A DNA stretch of 64,000 nt. Origin: Dehalococcoidia bacterium (GTDB taxonomy: Bacteria > Chloroflexota > Dehalococcoidia > Lucifugimonadales > UBA3495). This document shows positions 29,073-38,398 of the stretch, piece by piece. Numbering within the stretch: position 1 is the stretch's first letter; each line of letters opens with the position of its first letter. A program made the position numbers and the translations under genes. Location of the stretch: contig DAOUIF010000078.1 in the NCBI GenBank assembly GCA_034423575.1, positions 3,865 to 67,864 on the forward strand, read 5' to 3'. A model generated the notes under the pieces. That model had not been told where the DNA came from and did not search any database. It was given only the letters and a program-made list of their open reading frames with translations.

Positions 29073-29145
29073 CCCGCTCACGGTGAGCCTGCCGAACCAT
29101 AGTCGGCGCAAAAGGAACGTCCTTCGACGGGCTCAGGACGAGCGG
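29073..29145. repeat. ~70-bp imperfect palindromic intergenic element, copy 1
   Basis: CCCGCTCACGGTGAGCCTGCCGAACCATA...CCTTCGACGGGCTCAGGACGAGCGG. The arms match copy 2 at 39394-39464 and are inverted relative to each other. Confidence 0.8.
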
Positions 29146-29163
29146 ACATGATGGAGTAACACA

Positions 29164-29676
29164 ATGCCGAACTACACCTACCGGGGCATCACGCTGAGCA
29201 TCCCCGAGAACGATTCTGAGTACAAGGGCTATTTTGGAGCCGCTGCTGAAGGCCGCCTCGTGGTCAAGAAGTGCGCCGACTGCGGGTTGCTGCGCGGCGA
29301 ACCGGGGCCGGGGTGCCCATGGTGCACGTCATTGAACTGGGAGTGGCAACAGGTGTCAGGGAAAGGCACCATCTACTCGTATCAGGTGGTGGCGCACACG
29401 GTAATTCCCAGCTTCCGGGACCTGACCCCCTTCGCCATCGTCCTGGTGGAACTGGACGAGCAGAAGGGACAGCCTGCGGAGTTCGATGGCCTGCGCATGA
29501 CCGGCAATCTGGTGGACGCAGACTTCAACATGGAGAAGGAAGAGAACGTCGGTATCGGCAAGCGGGTGGAAGCGGTCTTCCAGCCGGTGGAAGATGGGTT
29601 CATGCTGCCACAGTGGCGTCTCATCGACGAGCCGGACCAGGGATTCACCTGGGCCCACCAGGTTCCGGAAGGATAA
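29164..29676 (+). CDS. Zn-ribbon/OB-fold protein (DUF35), thiolase partner
   Basis: CADCG...CPWC zinc ribbon followed by an OB-fold region; adjacent to the thiolase. Confidence 0.85.
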   Translation: MPNYTYRGITLSIPENDSEYKGYFGAAAEGRLVVKKCADCGLLRGEPGPGCPWCTSLNWEWQQVSGKGTIYSYQVVAHTVIPSFRDLTPFAIVLVELDEQKGQPAEFDGLRMTGNLVDADFNMEKEENVGIGKRVEAVFQPVEDGFMLPQWRLIDEPDQGFTWAHQVPEG

Positions 29677-29696
29677 AACGGCGCATTCGGCCAAAC

Positions 29697-30653
29697 GTGT
29701 CCACCATCCGCGACTACACCGACGATGACCTGCCGGCGCTGCTGGATTTCGCGCTTCGTCAGTTGGAAAGCCGGGACGACTCCGTTGCCACGGTCTGGCG
29801 CGGCATATTCGCGGACACATTGCGCTTGCCCGGCCGAGATCCCCGCCGCGACTGCATCCTGCTGTTTGAGAGGTCAACACTACGAGGGTTCTGCCTGATA
29901 TTCCCGGAGACATCCGGCCACCGCAGTGTGTTGAATATAGACACGGAGGACTCCGCAGGCGCCGCGGAGGAATACCGGGCGCTGGTGCGGGCCGGTGTCG
30001 GGCGGGCGGGCGCGGCAGGTGCCGCCGTGGCCCATATCATGCTGGCGCCGCCGCACACCCGCGCCGCAGTCCTGGATGCGGAAGGCTTTGTCATGGCGCG
30101 GTCCTACTGGGATATGACGTGGAGCGGGGAGCCATTGCCGGATGCTGATCTGCCATGCGGATACCATATCCGCCCTTTCAGTGAGCGCGATGTATCCGCC
30201 TTAACCGCAACACATAACGCCACCTTTGCCGACTCCTGGCAGTTTTCGCCGGATACGGAAGCGATGGTCGCGCACCGCTCACAGATGGCGAATACCGCCA
30301 ACGAGGGCATACGGCTGTTGTTTTATGGCGGTGAGCTGGCCGGATATTGCTGGACACTGCTGGTTTCCGACGGACGAAGCCGGCATGGCGTCATTGGTTC
30401 CATGGGGCTGACGCCCGGGTTCCGGGGCCACGGCCTTAGCAAACCGCTTCTGAGGTCGGGGATAGCCTACCTGGTGTCCGCAGGAGCCGACCGGATTCGT
30501 CTGGAAGTTGACGCCGAAAACACGCCGGCGGTGCGGCTGTATCGGTCAATGGGATTTGCCAAAACCGGCGAACTGCGCTGGTACGAGAAACGAACCGAGC
30601 CCAGCTCGTCGGCGGCATCGGCGTCAACGACCAACCTCGAGAGCGGTCATTGA
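29697..30653 (+). CDS. tandem GNAT-domain N-acetyltransferase (MshD-like architecture)
   Basis: GTG start at 29697 (VSTIRDYTDDDLPALL). The second domain reads ...GFRGHGLSKPLL...VDAENTPAVRLYRSMGF. The upstream part of the 460-aa ORF overlaps DUF35 out of frame. Confidence 0.8.
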   Translation: MSTIRDYTDDDLPALLDFALRQLESRDDSVATVWRGIFADTLRLPGRDPRRDCILLFERSTLRGFCLIFPETSGHRSVLNIDTEDSAGAAEEYRALVRAGVGRAGAAGAAVAHIMLAPPHTRAAVLDAEGFVMARSYWDMTWSGEPLPDADLPCGYHIRPFSERDVSALTATHNATFADSWQFSPDTEAMVAHRSQMANTANEGIRLLFYGGELAGYCWTLLVSDGRSRHGVIGSMGLTPGFRGHGLSKPLLRSGIAYLVSAGADRIRLEVDAENTPAVRLYRSMGFAKTGELRWYEKRTEPSSSAASASTTNLESGH

Positions 30654-31322
30654 CGCGCTGGCCGGTTGGAAAAGCCATACTTCCGTTTGGGCCGGCGATT
30701 TCCTGGTGGTGAAATTCGAAACGGTCGGTTTCCAGGCGGCGGACCCTGGATTGGCGGACGAGCCATCCTTCGGGAGGCAGCAGCTCGCACTCCGCCGCGT
30801 GCAACCCAGGGATAGCGTAGAGCATGGGTACGACCACGCGAGGCTGTAGCCGCTGGACCAGGGAGGCCACCTGTTCGTAGGTGAGCAGATGGTTTGAGTC
30901 GTCTACGGTCACCAGCAGAACGTCAACGTCGCCAACGGACGAGGCAACTCCAGACGGCCGTTCGGCGCGTTTGTCGCCGATGTGCAGGAAGCTGACGCCG
31001 CCCGCGTGGAGCCGGAACATGACGTTGGGGAAGTCGCGCAGCCGCGATGCGCCGGAATGCAAATCGTGGATGCCGCGAACGCGCAGATCACCAGTGCGGA
31101 ACTCCCCGGGCATTCTCACGACCGACGCGGTCTCCGGCAGGCGATCAACAGCATCATGGTCGAAGTGGGCGTGGGTGATCAGCCCAGGTCGCAACGAACT
31201 TCCGGGAAGAGCCGAGCGAACCAGTAGCGGTCGGCCTGGTTGCGGTACGGGTCAGCCAGTACCGCGACGCCGCCCGGCGTTTCCCAGCGAAAGGCGCAGT
31301 GGCCGAAGTAGGTCAGTCTCAT
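30436..31322 (-). pseudogene. MBL-fold metallo-hydrolase with a frame break near 31180-31194 and a long 3' read-through antisense to the GNAT gene
   Basis: A 47-codon ORF 31322-31179 (MRLTYFGHCAFRWETPGGVAVLADPY...PEVRCDLG*) is followed in the next frame by ...LITHAHFDHD... (ORF 30436..31194). Confidence 0.6.
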
Positions 31323-31378
31323 CGCAGTGGCCGCTGGCCTGGAACCGACACCTGCATCTGAGAACCGTCAGGCTGGCG

Positions 31379-31795
31379 TCAGCTTGTCGCGCTCCACATC
31401 TCGTAGCCGATCTCCTTGCTGATCAGGCCATCGCGCATCTCGAAGATGTGCACCAGTCGCATCTGCACCTGCGTGCCCGGTGACAAGGGCAGGTAACCCT
31501 CTCCCGTTAGTCGGAAGCGAACGACGCTGTCATCCACCACCCGATCCTCGGTGGCGAAGCGCTGGAGGTTCTCGAACTCCACGTTTTCCATCTTGGCGAA
31601 CATGGTGGTGTAGTTGTCGGCCACCGCGCGCTTGCCTTCGAACCGCAGGCCGCGGGCAGGCGCTTCCCACACCACGTCGTCGGTGTAGAGATCCAGGGCG
31701 GCCTCCACCTCATTGGTGGCTTCCGAATGGAAGTGGGCTTCGACGGCGGCCAGGTTAGCGGCGATGAGGTCTGGGTTCCGGTTGGACGAGGACAT
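31379..31795 (-). CDS. SnoaL-like / NTF2-superfamily protein
   Basis: 138 aa; N-terminal ...VEAHFHSE...LDLYTDDVVWE pattern. Confidence 0.65.
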   Translation of the reverse strand: MSSSNRNPDLIAANLAAVEAHFHSEATNEVEAALDLYTDDVVWEAPARGLRFEGKRAVADNYTTMFAKMENVEFENLQRFATEDRVVDDSVVRFRLTGEGYLPLSPGTQVQMRLVHIFEMRDGLISKEIGYEMWSATS

Positions 31796-31898
31796 GGCGG
31801 CTCCTCCTCTCGTAGATTTCTTGACACCCTACGGGGCTGTAGATAGCATCCCGGCAGGCGGCTACGGTCAGAACGCACGGCCGCGGAGGGACTATCTA

Positions 31899-33008
31899 AT
31901 GCAGAGCATCACGATTGATCGCAGCAGGCCGCTGCGCGAGGAGTCTAACACGGGCCATAATCGCTGGCACCCGGACATATCGCCAGTGATCGAGGTGGAC
32001 GAGGGTGAGGAGGTGGTTCTGGAAACGCGGGACGCCTTCGACGGCCAGATGCAGCCGGGCGTCACGGAAGCGGATTTCGCCGGAATGGACGCGGGCGTCA
32101 TCCATCCGCTCACCGGACCCGTGGGGGTGAAAGGCGCGGCGCCGGGCGACCTGCTGGAGGTGGAGTTCGTGGACATCCAGCCACAACCCTACGCTTTCAG
32201 CGTGATCTTCCCCGGCTTTGGCTTCCTGCGAGATGTATTCACCGACCCGTTCATGGTGCACTGGAACATCGCGGATGGATACGCCACGTCCGACCAGATA
32301 CCGGGGGTCCGCGTGCCCGGCGCGTCATTCATGGGTGTTTCGGGCGTGGCGCCGTCCCACGCGCAGCTCGAGGAATGGACCCGGCGGGAAGCAGAGTTGG
32401 CATCGCGCGGCGGCGTGGCTCTGCCGCCTGACGTGGCCGGAGCCGTGCCGATCAGCGGCGCCGGCGCGACCCACGGGATTCGGACGCTGCCGCCCCGTGA
32501 GAATGGCGGCAATTTTGACGTGAAGCAGCTTTCCACCGGAGCGAAACTGCTGCTGCCGGTGGCAGTCGAAGGCGCGCTGTTCTCGACCGGGGACGGCCAT
32601 TTCGCCCAGGGGGACGGCGAGGTCTGCGTTACTGCGGTGGAAATGGGCGCGACCTGCACCGTCCAGTTCAGGGTGCTGAAGGGCGAGGCGGAACGGCACA
32701 ACATACGCTGGCCCCGTTTCAGCCGAGAGGACTACTACATCGCGCCGGAATGGGCCGCACCGCGCCGGTTCATCGCCACCATGGGCATGCCAGTTCGGGA
32801 CGACGGGGTGAACGAAGGCGAGAACCTGACGCTGGCCTGCCGCAACGCGATCCTGAATATGATCGACCTGCTGGAGGAGCGCGGGTTCACGCGCAACCAG
32901 GCCTACGTCATCTGCAGCGTGGCTGTGGACCTGAAGGTTAGCAACGTGGTGGACGTGCCGAACTACACAGTGTCGGCATTTCTGCCGGAGGACCTGTTTG
33001 TGGGGTAA
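31899..33008 (+). CDS. acetamidase/formamidase family protein
   Basis: MQSITIDRSRPL...GHNRWHPDI...; start set at ATG 31899 with GGAGGG at 31885-31890. Confidence 0.85.
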   Translation: MQSITIDRSRPLREESNTGHNRWHPDISPVIEVDEGEEVVLETRDAFDGQMQPGVTEADFAGMDAGVIHPLTGPVGVKGAAPGDLLEVEFVDIQPQPYAFSVIFPGFGFLRDVFTDPFMVHWNIADGYATSDQIPGVRVPGASFMGVSGVAPSHAQLEEWTRREAELASRGGVALPPDVAGAVPISGAGATHGIRTLPPRENGGNFDVKQLSTGAKLLLPVAVEGALFSTGDGHFAQGDGEVCVTAVEMGATCTVQFRVLKGEAERHNIRWPRFSREDYYIAPEWAAPRRFIATMGMPVRDDGVNEGENLTLACRNAILNMIDLLEERGFTRNQAYVICSVAVDLKVSNVVDVPNYTVSAFLPEDLFVG

Positions 33009-33031
33009 GACGCATTCATCGGCAACTCTAG

Positions 33032-33460
33032 TCACTGGGTCCAGTTGTCGTGACTCAACCAAGTCGTGATACGACTGCGATACATCCGGGCGATGAATGG
33101 GGCGTTGTTCTCGGCCAAGAACGCGAGCAGCCGGTTTCGGGATGCCAAGAATATCTGGGCCATTTCCGCTCTCGCGTCGCCGCCGCGGATTACTAGCATT
33201 CGCGATCCTGAACGCATGACCGTGTCTCTCTCGAGTCGGTTGTAGCGAATGCGCAGGTCGTGTGTCAGCACTACCCAATTTCGCCGCGCAACCTCCGGGA
33301 TCCATTCAGCGTCGGGTGTTCCACTGGGGAAGTTGTCGAGCAAGATCTCGACATTCACCCCATCAGCCCGTAACGCGTCCGGAAATTCGTGAGTACCGAG
33401 GTCTTCGTCGCAAAAGAAAGTAATGTCAAGCGGCCAGTGCGTAACGAACAGCCTCTTCAA
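33032..33460 (-). CDS. PIN-like (DUF5615 / Mut7-C-type) putative toxin
   Basis: 142 aa immediately downstream of a DUF433 gene, overlapping it by 35 nt. Has the ...FFCDEDLG...VLTHDLRI... pattern. Start uncertain. Confidence 0.6.
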   Translation of the reverse strand: MKRLFVTHWPLDITFFCDEDLGTHEFPDALRADGVNVEILLDNFPSGTPDAEWIPEVARRNWVVLTHDLRIRYNRLERDTVMRSGSRMLVIRGGDARAEMAQIFLASRNRLLAFLAENNAPFIARMYRSRITTWLSHDNWTQ

Positions 33461-34085
33461 TCTGGAAAGGTTGCAGACGATACTCGTCTGCCAAATCCGC
33501 TATGGTTTCTCCAGCGTTGAAGAAATCGACGATCACCTCTGCGCTCACCCCAGAACCCGACACGACTGGTCTGCCGAACGAAACTGACGGATCGATGACG
33601 ATCAGAGTAGGGGCACTTTGGTGGTCACCCCTAGTGAAGGGGAACAATCTCACGGCGAGGCCGATCTCGTCATCGTGTTCGACCCGCTGTAAGTAAGCTT
33701 GCACGACTTCCCGCATTTCCAATTGCCCACGAGCTGACAAGTTCAGCAGCCGATCCAAATGTTCGGTAAAGATACTGAAACCGTCCGTCAACAATTCTCG
33801 TCGTGCCAACGGGTGTTCCACCTGAAGCTCGTTTTCCAGGTAGCGTAGGGCGGTTCTAACCCGTTGCATGGGAACCCCATGATGGCGGCGTAGAGCCGCC
33901 ATAACATGCAGTTCTACCAAATTAATGAAGGATAAAGCAGCTGGCTCGGAGCTGGCGGGTTGGATCAGCCGCGCGCCGTCGTCGCCTACGCCGGCCACCC
34001 AACTCCTCACCGTAGGCACAGGCAACCCCAAATACCGGGCGGATTCTGGTATCGAGTACAGCGGGACGTGGCGAGGGTCGTCCAC
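33426..34085 (-). CDS. DUF433-domain protein with an N-terminal HTH (putative antitoxin)
   Basis: The C-terminus IVIDPSVSFGRPVVSGSGVSAEVIVDFFNAGETIADLADEYRL is DUF433-like. GTG start at 34085 chosen; the longer ORF overlaps the CoA-transferase gene. Confidence 0.65.
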   Translation of the reverse strand: MDDPRHVPLYSIPESARYLGLPVPTVRSWVAGVGDDGARLIQPASSEPAALSFINLVELHVMAALRRHHGVPMQRVRTALRYLENELQVEHPLARRELLTDGFSIFTEHLDRLLNLSARGQLEMREVVQAYLQRVEHDDEIGLAVRLFPFTRGDHQSAPTLIVIDPSVSFGRPVVSGSGVSAEVIVDFFNAGETIADLADEYRLQPFQIEEAVRYALAA

Positions 34086-35398
34086 TAGATCACCCCGCCT
34101 TCCGCCAGCAACAGCATCCGCGAATTGGTGACGCCCAGTTCGCCCTGGAGGATCTCCGAGTTGTGCTCGCCGATTAGGGGTGCGCGGCGGCTGATGCGCC
34201 ACGGCGATCCGTTGAAGAGCATGGCCGGCCCGGGGTAGGTGAAGGTGCGGCCCAACTCCGGGTGTTCCACTTCCTTGAAGAACTCGCGGTCGGTGAGGTG
34301 TTCGTCGCCGACGAGCTCGTCCATGGTACGGATGGCGCCCCACGGGAAGTCCCGCTGCTGTCCGCCGTGGAAGGCATCCATCAGTGTGGAGTTCATGAAG
34401 AAGTTTTTCATCACGGATACGATGTGGTCGTTCTCCTCCGCGATGACCTCGGGGTTCTGATAGCGCTCATCGGTCAGGTCCTCGGCCATGCCCGACTGGT
34501 CGAACCAATCGGCCAGCAACTTGAGCCGCGCCGGAGTCAGGTTGGTGCCGGAGCGCGTGGTGTTCAGCCAGCCGCCGTCTCCGGTGGGGAACTGTATGGC
34601 CGGCGACATGTCAGGCGCGGCGTGACGGCCGGTGTGACGCTGGACCACTTCTCCGGTGGACAGGTAGATGGCTATGGCTCCCTCGGTGGTGAGGGCACAG
34701 GCCTCATGGATGGAGGCGTCGACGTACTGACCCTCGCCCGTGAGGAACCGATAATATAGGGCAGCCATGAGTCCGATGTAGGCGTAGTGGGCGCCGATGT
34801 GCCAGGAGTTGCCTCCGCCCGGAGCAATGGGCGGCGCGTTGGACACGTCAATCTCGTCGTACCCCGATGAGGCCATCTGCCCGCCGCCGGCCATCTGCGT
34901 GATGTCGCTGGTGATGTAGTCTCGCCACGGGCCGGTCTGTCCGTATGGCGTAAGCGAGCACATGATGAGCCCGGGGTTGTCGGCGGACAATACATCGTAG
35001 CCCAATCCCAGGGATTCCAGGTAGCCGGGCTTTCGGCTTTCCAGCACTATGTCGGCGGTGGCTGCCAATTGCTTGAAGAGTTCCTGCCCCTGCTGGGTTT
35101 CCAGGTTCAGGGTGATGCCCCGCTTGGACGTGTTGTAGTGCCAGAAGGACAGGCTGCGTTCCCGATGGGGGATGTCATCGAGGAACGGGCCGAAGCTGCG
35201 GCAGGCCTCGCCGCCGGGCGGCTCGATCTTGATGAGATCGGCGCCGTTGTCGGCCATGAGCTTGCCACAGAACTGGCCCTTTTCGTCGCAGATCTCGAGG
35301 ACCCGCAGGCCGTCCAGGGACCCCGGCAGGTTCAGGTCGGCGGGACGCGCCCCACCGATGTCCACTCCGTCCTGTGGATTTCCGTTGGCGGAAGTCAT
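34085..35398 (-). CDS. family III CoA-transferase (CaiB/BaiF-like)
   Basis: LDGLRVLEICDEKGQFCGKLMADNGADLIKIEPPGG pattern. Confidence 0.85.
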   Translation of the reverse strand: MTSANGNPQDGVDIGGARPADLNLPGSLDGLRVLEICDEKGQFCGKLMADNGADLIKIEPPGGEACRSFGPFLDDIPHRERSLSFWHYNTSKRGITLNLETQQGQELFKQLAATADIVLESRKPGYLESLGLGYDVLSADNPGLIMCSLTPYGQTGPWRDYITSDITQMAGGGQMASSGYDEIDVSNAPPIAPGGGNSWHIGAHYAYIGLMAALYYRFLTGEGQYVDASIHEACALTTEGAIAIYLSTGEVVQRHTGRHAAPDMSPAIQFPTGDGGWLNTTRSGTNLTPARLKLLADWFDQSGMAEDLTDERYQNPEVIAEENDHIVSVMKNFFMNSTLMDAFHGGQQRDFPWGAIRTMDELVGDEHLTDREFFKEVEHPELGRTFTYPGPAMLFNGSPWRISRRAPLIGEHNSEILQGELGVTNSRMLLLAEGGVI

Positions 35399-36720
35399 CG
35401 CAGAGCCTCCTCAATATATGGGTACCGGTCCATTGTTGTGGGCCAGAAGACGCCGTTTTCGTACCCATCCAGCAAGTCCTGGTGGTTCACGCCCAGCAGG
35501 TCTTCCAGCACCTCACGGTTGTGTTGGCCGATCATCGGTGGAGGATTGGCAATGCGGGCCGGCGACTTCGACATCTTGAAAGGAGCGTTCTGGAACTTCC
35601 AAGGGCCGAGCATCGGGTGGTCCATGGGAACGTACATGTCCCGGTGCCGCAGTTGAGGGTCGTTGTCGACCCGGTCCTGGCTGCTCTGCACAGCCATGGC
35701 GCGGACGCCGGCGGCCTGACACTTCTCGGTCAGCTCGTACTTGCCCATGGTCTCGGTCCACTTTTCGATGTGGCCGTCCATCTCCTCCTGGTGCTCGAGC
35801 CGGCCCTCGATGGTGTCGAAGCGGTCGTCGGCCCAGTCGGGACTGCCCATCAGCTTGACCAGCTCATGCCATTCGTCATCGGACAGGCAGGCAATGGTCG
35901 CCCAGTCGTTATAGCCGCCGGGCGAAGTGCGGTAGGCGTTGTGCGGGGCGGCGATGGGGCCGCGGTAGTTGTTGACCACCTCGGCGCCGGGCCACACGGT
36001 CCGGTTACCCGGCGGGAACCCCTCGCGGCGTGCCTTGCGCCCGTTGACCGTCTTGTCCAGGAAAGCGGGGCCCGTCAGCGTGATGCCGGTGATCATCTGG
36101 GATAGATCGACGTGCTGGCCCTTGCCGGTGGCAGAACGGTGGCGCAGGGCGGTCAGCGCGCTGATCGCGCCGTACATGCCGCCGGTGTCGTCAAGATAGG
36201 ACCAGCCCCAGCCGGCGGGAGGGGCTCCGGGCAGACCGGACAAATGAGTCAAACCGCTCAACGCCTGGGCGGCTGGGCCCATCGTGCCGTACCAGTGGTA
36301 CCGGCCCGTGTGTCCGAAGCCGGCCATGGAGACATATATGATGTCCGGCCGGATTTTCTTGAGTTGTTCGTAACCCAGGCCCCAGCGCTGCATGATCCGG
36401 CTGCTGAAGTTCTCGATCACGATGTCCGAAACCGAGATCAGGCGTTTGACCAGTTCCAGACCTTCTTCCGTTCGAGTGTTGACGCTGATGCCGCGCTTGT
36501 TGGCGTTGGTGTCGGCGAATTGGCCCGTGGAGTTGGGTCCCGGCTCAACGCCGGGAGGGACGGTGAACCGGTTCTGGCGCAGCGTGTCCAGGTTGAGGGG
36601 CCATTCCACCTTGATGACTTCGGCGCCCAGGGTGCCCATCCATCGGGCTGCCCAGGGGCCGGCGCGGACCCAGGTGAAATCGACCACGCGAATGCCTTGC
36701 AAGGGAGTCGGCAGGGGCAT
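35395..36720 (-). CDS. family III CoA-transferase (CaiB/BaiF-like), second copy
   Basis: LQGIRVVDFTWVRAGPWAARWMGTLGAEVIKVEWP; ATGA overlap with the downstream paralog. Confidence 0.85.
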   Translation of the reverse strand: MPLPTPLQGIRVVDFTWVRAGPWAARWMGTLGAEVIKVEWPLNLDTLRQNRFTVPPGVEPGPNSTGQFADTNANKRGISVNTRTEEGLELVKRLISVSDIVIENFSSRIMQRWGLGYEQLKKIRPDIIYVSMAGFGHTGRYHWYGTMGPAAQALSGLTHLSGLPGAPPAGWGWSYLDDTGGMYGAISALTALRHRSATGKGQHVDLSQMITGITLTGPAFLDKTVNGRKARREGFPPGNRTVWPGAEVVNNYRGPIAAPHNAYRTSPGGYNDWATIACLSDDEWHELVKLMGSPDWADDRFDTIEGRLEHQEEMDGHIEKWTETMGKYELTEKCQAAGVRAMAVQSSQDRVDNDPQLRHRDMYVPMDHPMLGPWKFQNAPFKMSKSPARIANPPPMIGQHNREVLEDLLGVNHQDLLDGYENGVFWPTTMDRYPYIEEALR

Positions 36721-36864
36721 ATTCGAGCCTCCCGTGTTGAGTGTAGATGAAAAGGGTCGTGAATTGGGCGCAAGTTTAGGGCAACACGGGGCAAGCGGGC
36801 AACCTTGGCAGTGTTGCGCTCGGGGCGCATTGGGCGTCGCGTCGCTGCACTCTGGCGTCGAGCT

Positions 36865-37212
36865 TCAGTCTCCTACAAAGCGGGCCAACTGGATTTCACC
36901 GTCCTGTCGCTCGTACCACACCGTGACGGTGGTCCCCTGTATCTGGTGATCCTTCAGGTGGCCGACGGAAACCCCGACCCAGCCCTCGGACCGGAATCGC
37001 CATTTGCGGCCCTCGGCATCGGTAAGGTGGAGAACCCGAAAATGGCGAGGATCGTCGGGGTCGGCGTCGACGAGGTCAATGTGACCGGTGACCCTGGGCA
37101 GCCTTGGAAACAGGGAATCGCCGTCCCCGTGGCCCCCGCTGCGGTTGGGTTGCTCTCCCACGCACGCAAGGACAAATGCCAGCAAGGCGGCGAGCCCCAA
37201 TGCCGCTGCCAA
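36865..37212 (-). CDS. small secreted/lipoprotein-like hypothetical protein
   Basis: N-terminal hydrophobic segment ending in a lipobox-like VLAC; 115 aa. Confidence 0.5.
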   Translation of the reverse strand: MAAALGLAALLAFVLACVGEQPNRSGGHGDGDSLFPRLPRVTGHIDLVDADPDDPRHFRVLHLTDAEGRKWRFRSEGWVGVSVGHLKDHQIQGTTVTVWYERQDGEIQLARFVGD

Positions 37213-37408
37213 TTGATATGCGGAGGTTGTCCGGTTTCCCAGGGAGTAGCCTCGAGATCAGTCCCCATCGCGGAAGCCCCGGTCGTTCGACTGAATGAGC
37301 GCCCCGCGACAGCGATTGTAGCAAATCCGAGGGTCGTGCTTTATCATTAATGCTGCGGTCGAACGCGGAGACGGTCGTTCGTTCCTCCGGTATTCGTCGC
37401 GCGTTGCA

Positions 37409-38398
37409 ATGGCTTCCATAAGCATCAGCACACCATCGGACGCCGAACGCCGGCGTGGTCCAACCTGGTTGCAGGGATTGGCAACGGCAACCGTAATCTC
37501 GGTGTTTGTGCTGGTCATCATAGGTGGGGTGGTAAGGGTTACCGGATCCGGTCTGGGGTGCCCCGATTGGCCGTTGTGCTACGGCAAATTGTTGCCGCCG
37601 CTGGAGTACACCGCGATCGTTGAATACACCCACCGCTTCGTGGCCTCGGTAATCGTTGGCCCGCTCGTTTTGGCCACGGCGATAGTCGGGATTGCCCGCT
37701 ACCGGTCCGACCGCTGGGTATGGATTCCGGCCGCGGTGTCGGTGCCGTTGTTGATTGTCCAGGGTCTGCTGGGCGGGGTCACCGTACTGACCCACCTGCC
37801 GGGCGGAATCGTCGCGCTGCACTTGGCCACGGCGGAAGTCCTGTTGGCTACGTGCGTATTCATCATGGTGGCGTCATACCGGACGCCGATTCTTACGACT
37901 TCGGCGCGAGCCTCCGGTGACGGTTACCATCGCTGGGCGATCGCCGGCGCGGTGAGCGTCTACGCGGTCATCGTGAGCGGAGCGCTGGTCACGGCCATGG
38001 GAGCCACCGGCGCGTGCGTCACCTGGCCGCTGTGCCAGGGACAGGCCTTCCCGATGAATCACCTGACAGGGGTGCACATGTTCCACCGCTACGTGGTGCT
38101 GGTTCTCGGCTTGTTGCTGCTATACGCGACCTGGCGCTGCTGGAACGGCCCCACGGATCGGACAGCCACTCTCAGGTGGCTGGCTATCGTGACCGTTGCG
38201 ACGTTCGTCGTTCAGGTCATTGTCGGAGCCGCGACCATCTGGCTGGACTTCCAGGCACATTGGCGGGCCCTGCACCTGACCGCGGCCACGGCCATGTGGA
38301 CAGCGGCAGCCGGCATGGCCATTGTTGCCTATCTCGACGTGCGCACGACCAATGCCGGCTTTGAAGCGAACCGGCAAGCGGGGCAGGATGGCCGGTAG
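37409..38398 (+). CDS. ctaA: haem A synthase (COX15/CtaA)
   Basis: VRVTGSGLGCPDWPLCYG...EYTHR motifs; polytopic. Confidence 0.9.
   Translation: MASISISTPSDAERRRGPTWLQGLATATVISVFVLVIIGGVVRVTGSGLGCPDWPLCYGKLLPPLEYTAIVEYTHRFVASVIVGPLVLATAIVGIARYRSDRWVWIPAAVSVPLLIVQGLLGGVTVLTHLPGGIVALHLATAEVLLATCVFIMVASYRTPILTTSARASGDGYHRWAIAGAVSVYAVIVSGALVTAMGATGACVTWPLCQGQAFPMNHLTGVHMFHRYVVLVLGLLLLYATWRCWNGPTDRTATLRWLAIVTVATFVVQVIVGAATIWLDFQAHWRALHLTAATAMWTAAAGMAIVAYLDVRTTNAGFEANRQAGQDGR

Noticed and set aside
29271-29696. 5' part of the 460-aa ORF 29271..30653
   Set aside because: It overlaps the DUF35 gene out of frame and is Arg/Gly-rich. The GNAT similarity begins only at the GTG at 29697.
34086-34343. 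Upstream extension of the DUF433 ORF (33426..34343)
   Set aside because: It overlaps the 3' end of the CoA-transferase gene in another frame with a P/R/G-rich sequence. The start was moved to GTG 34085.
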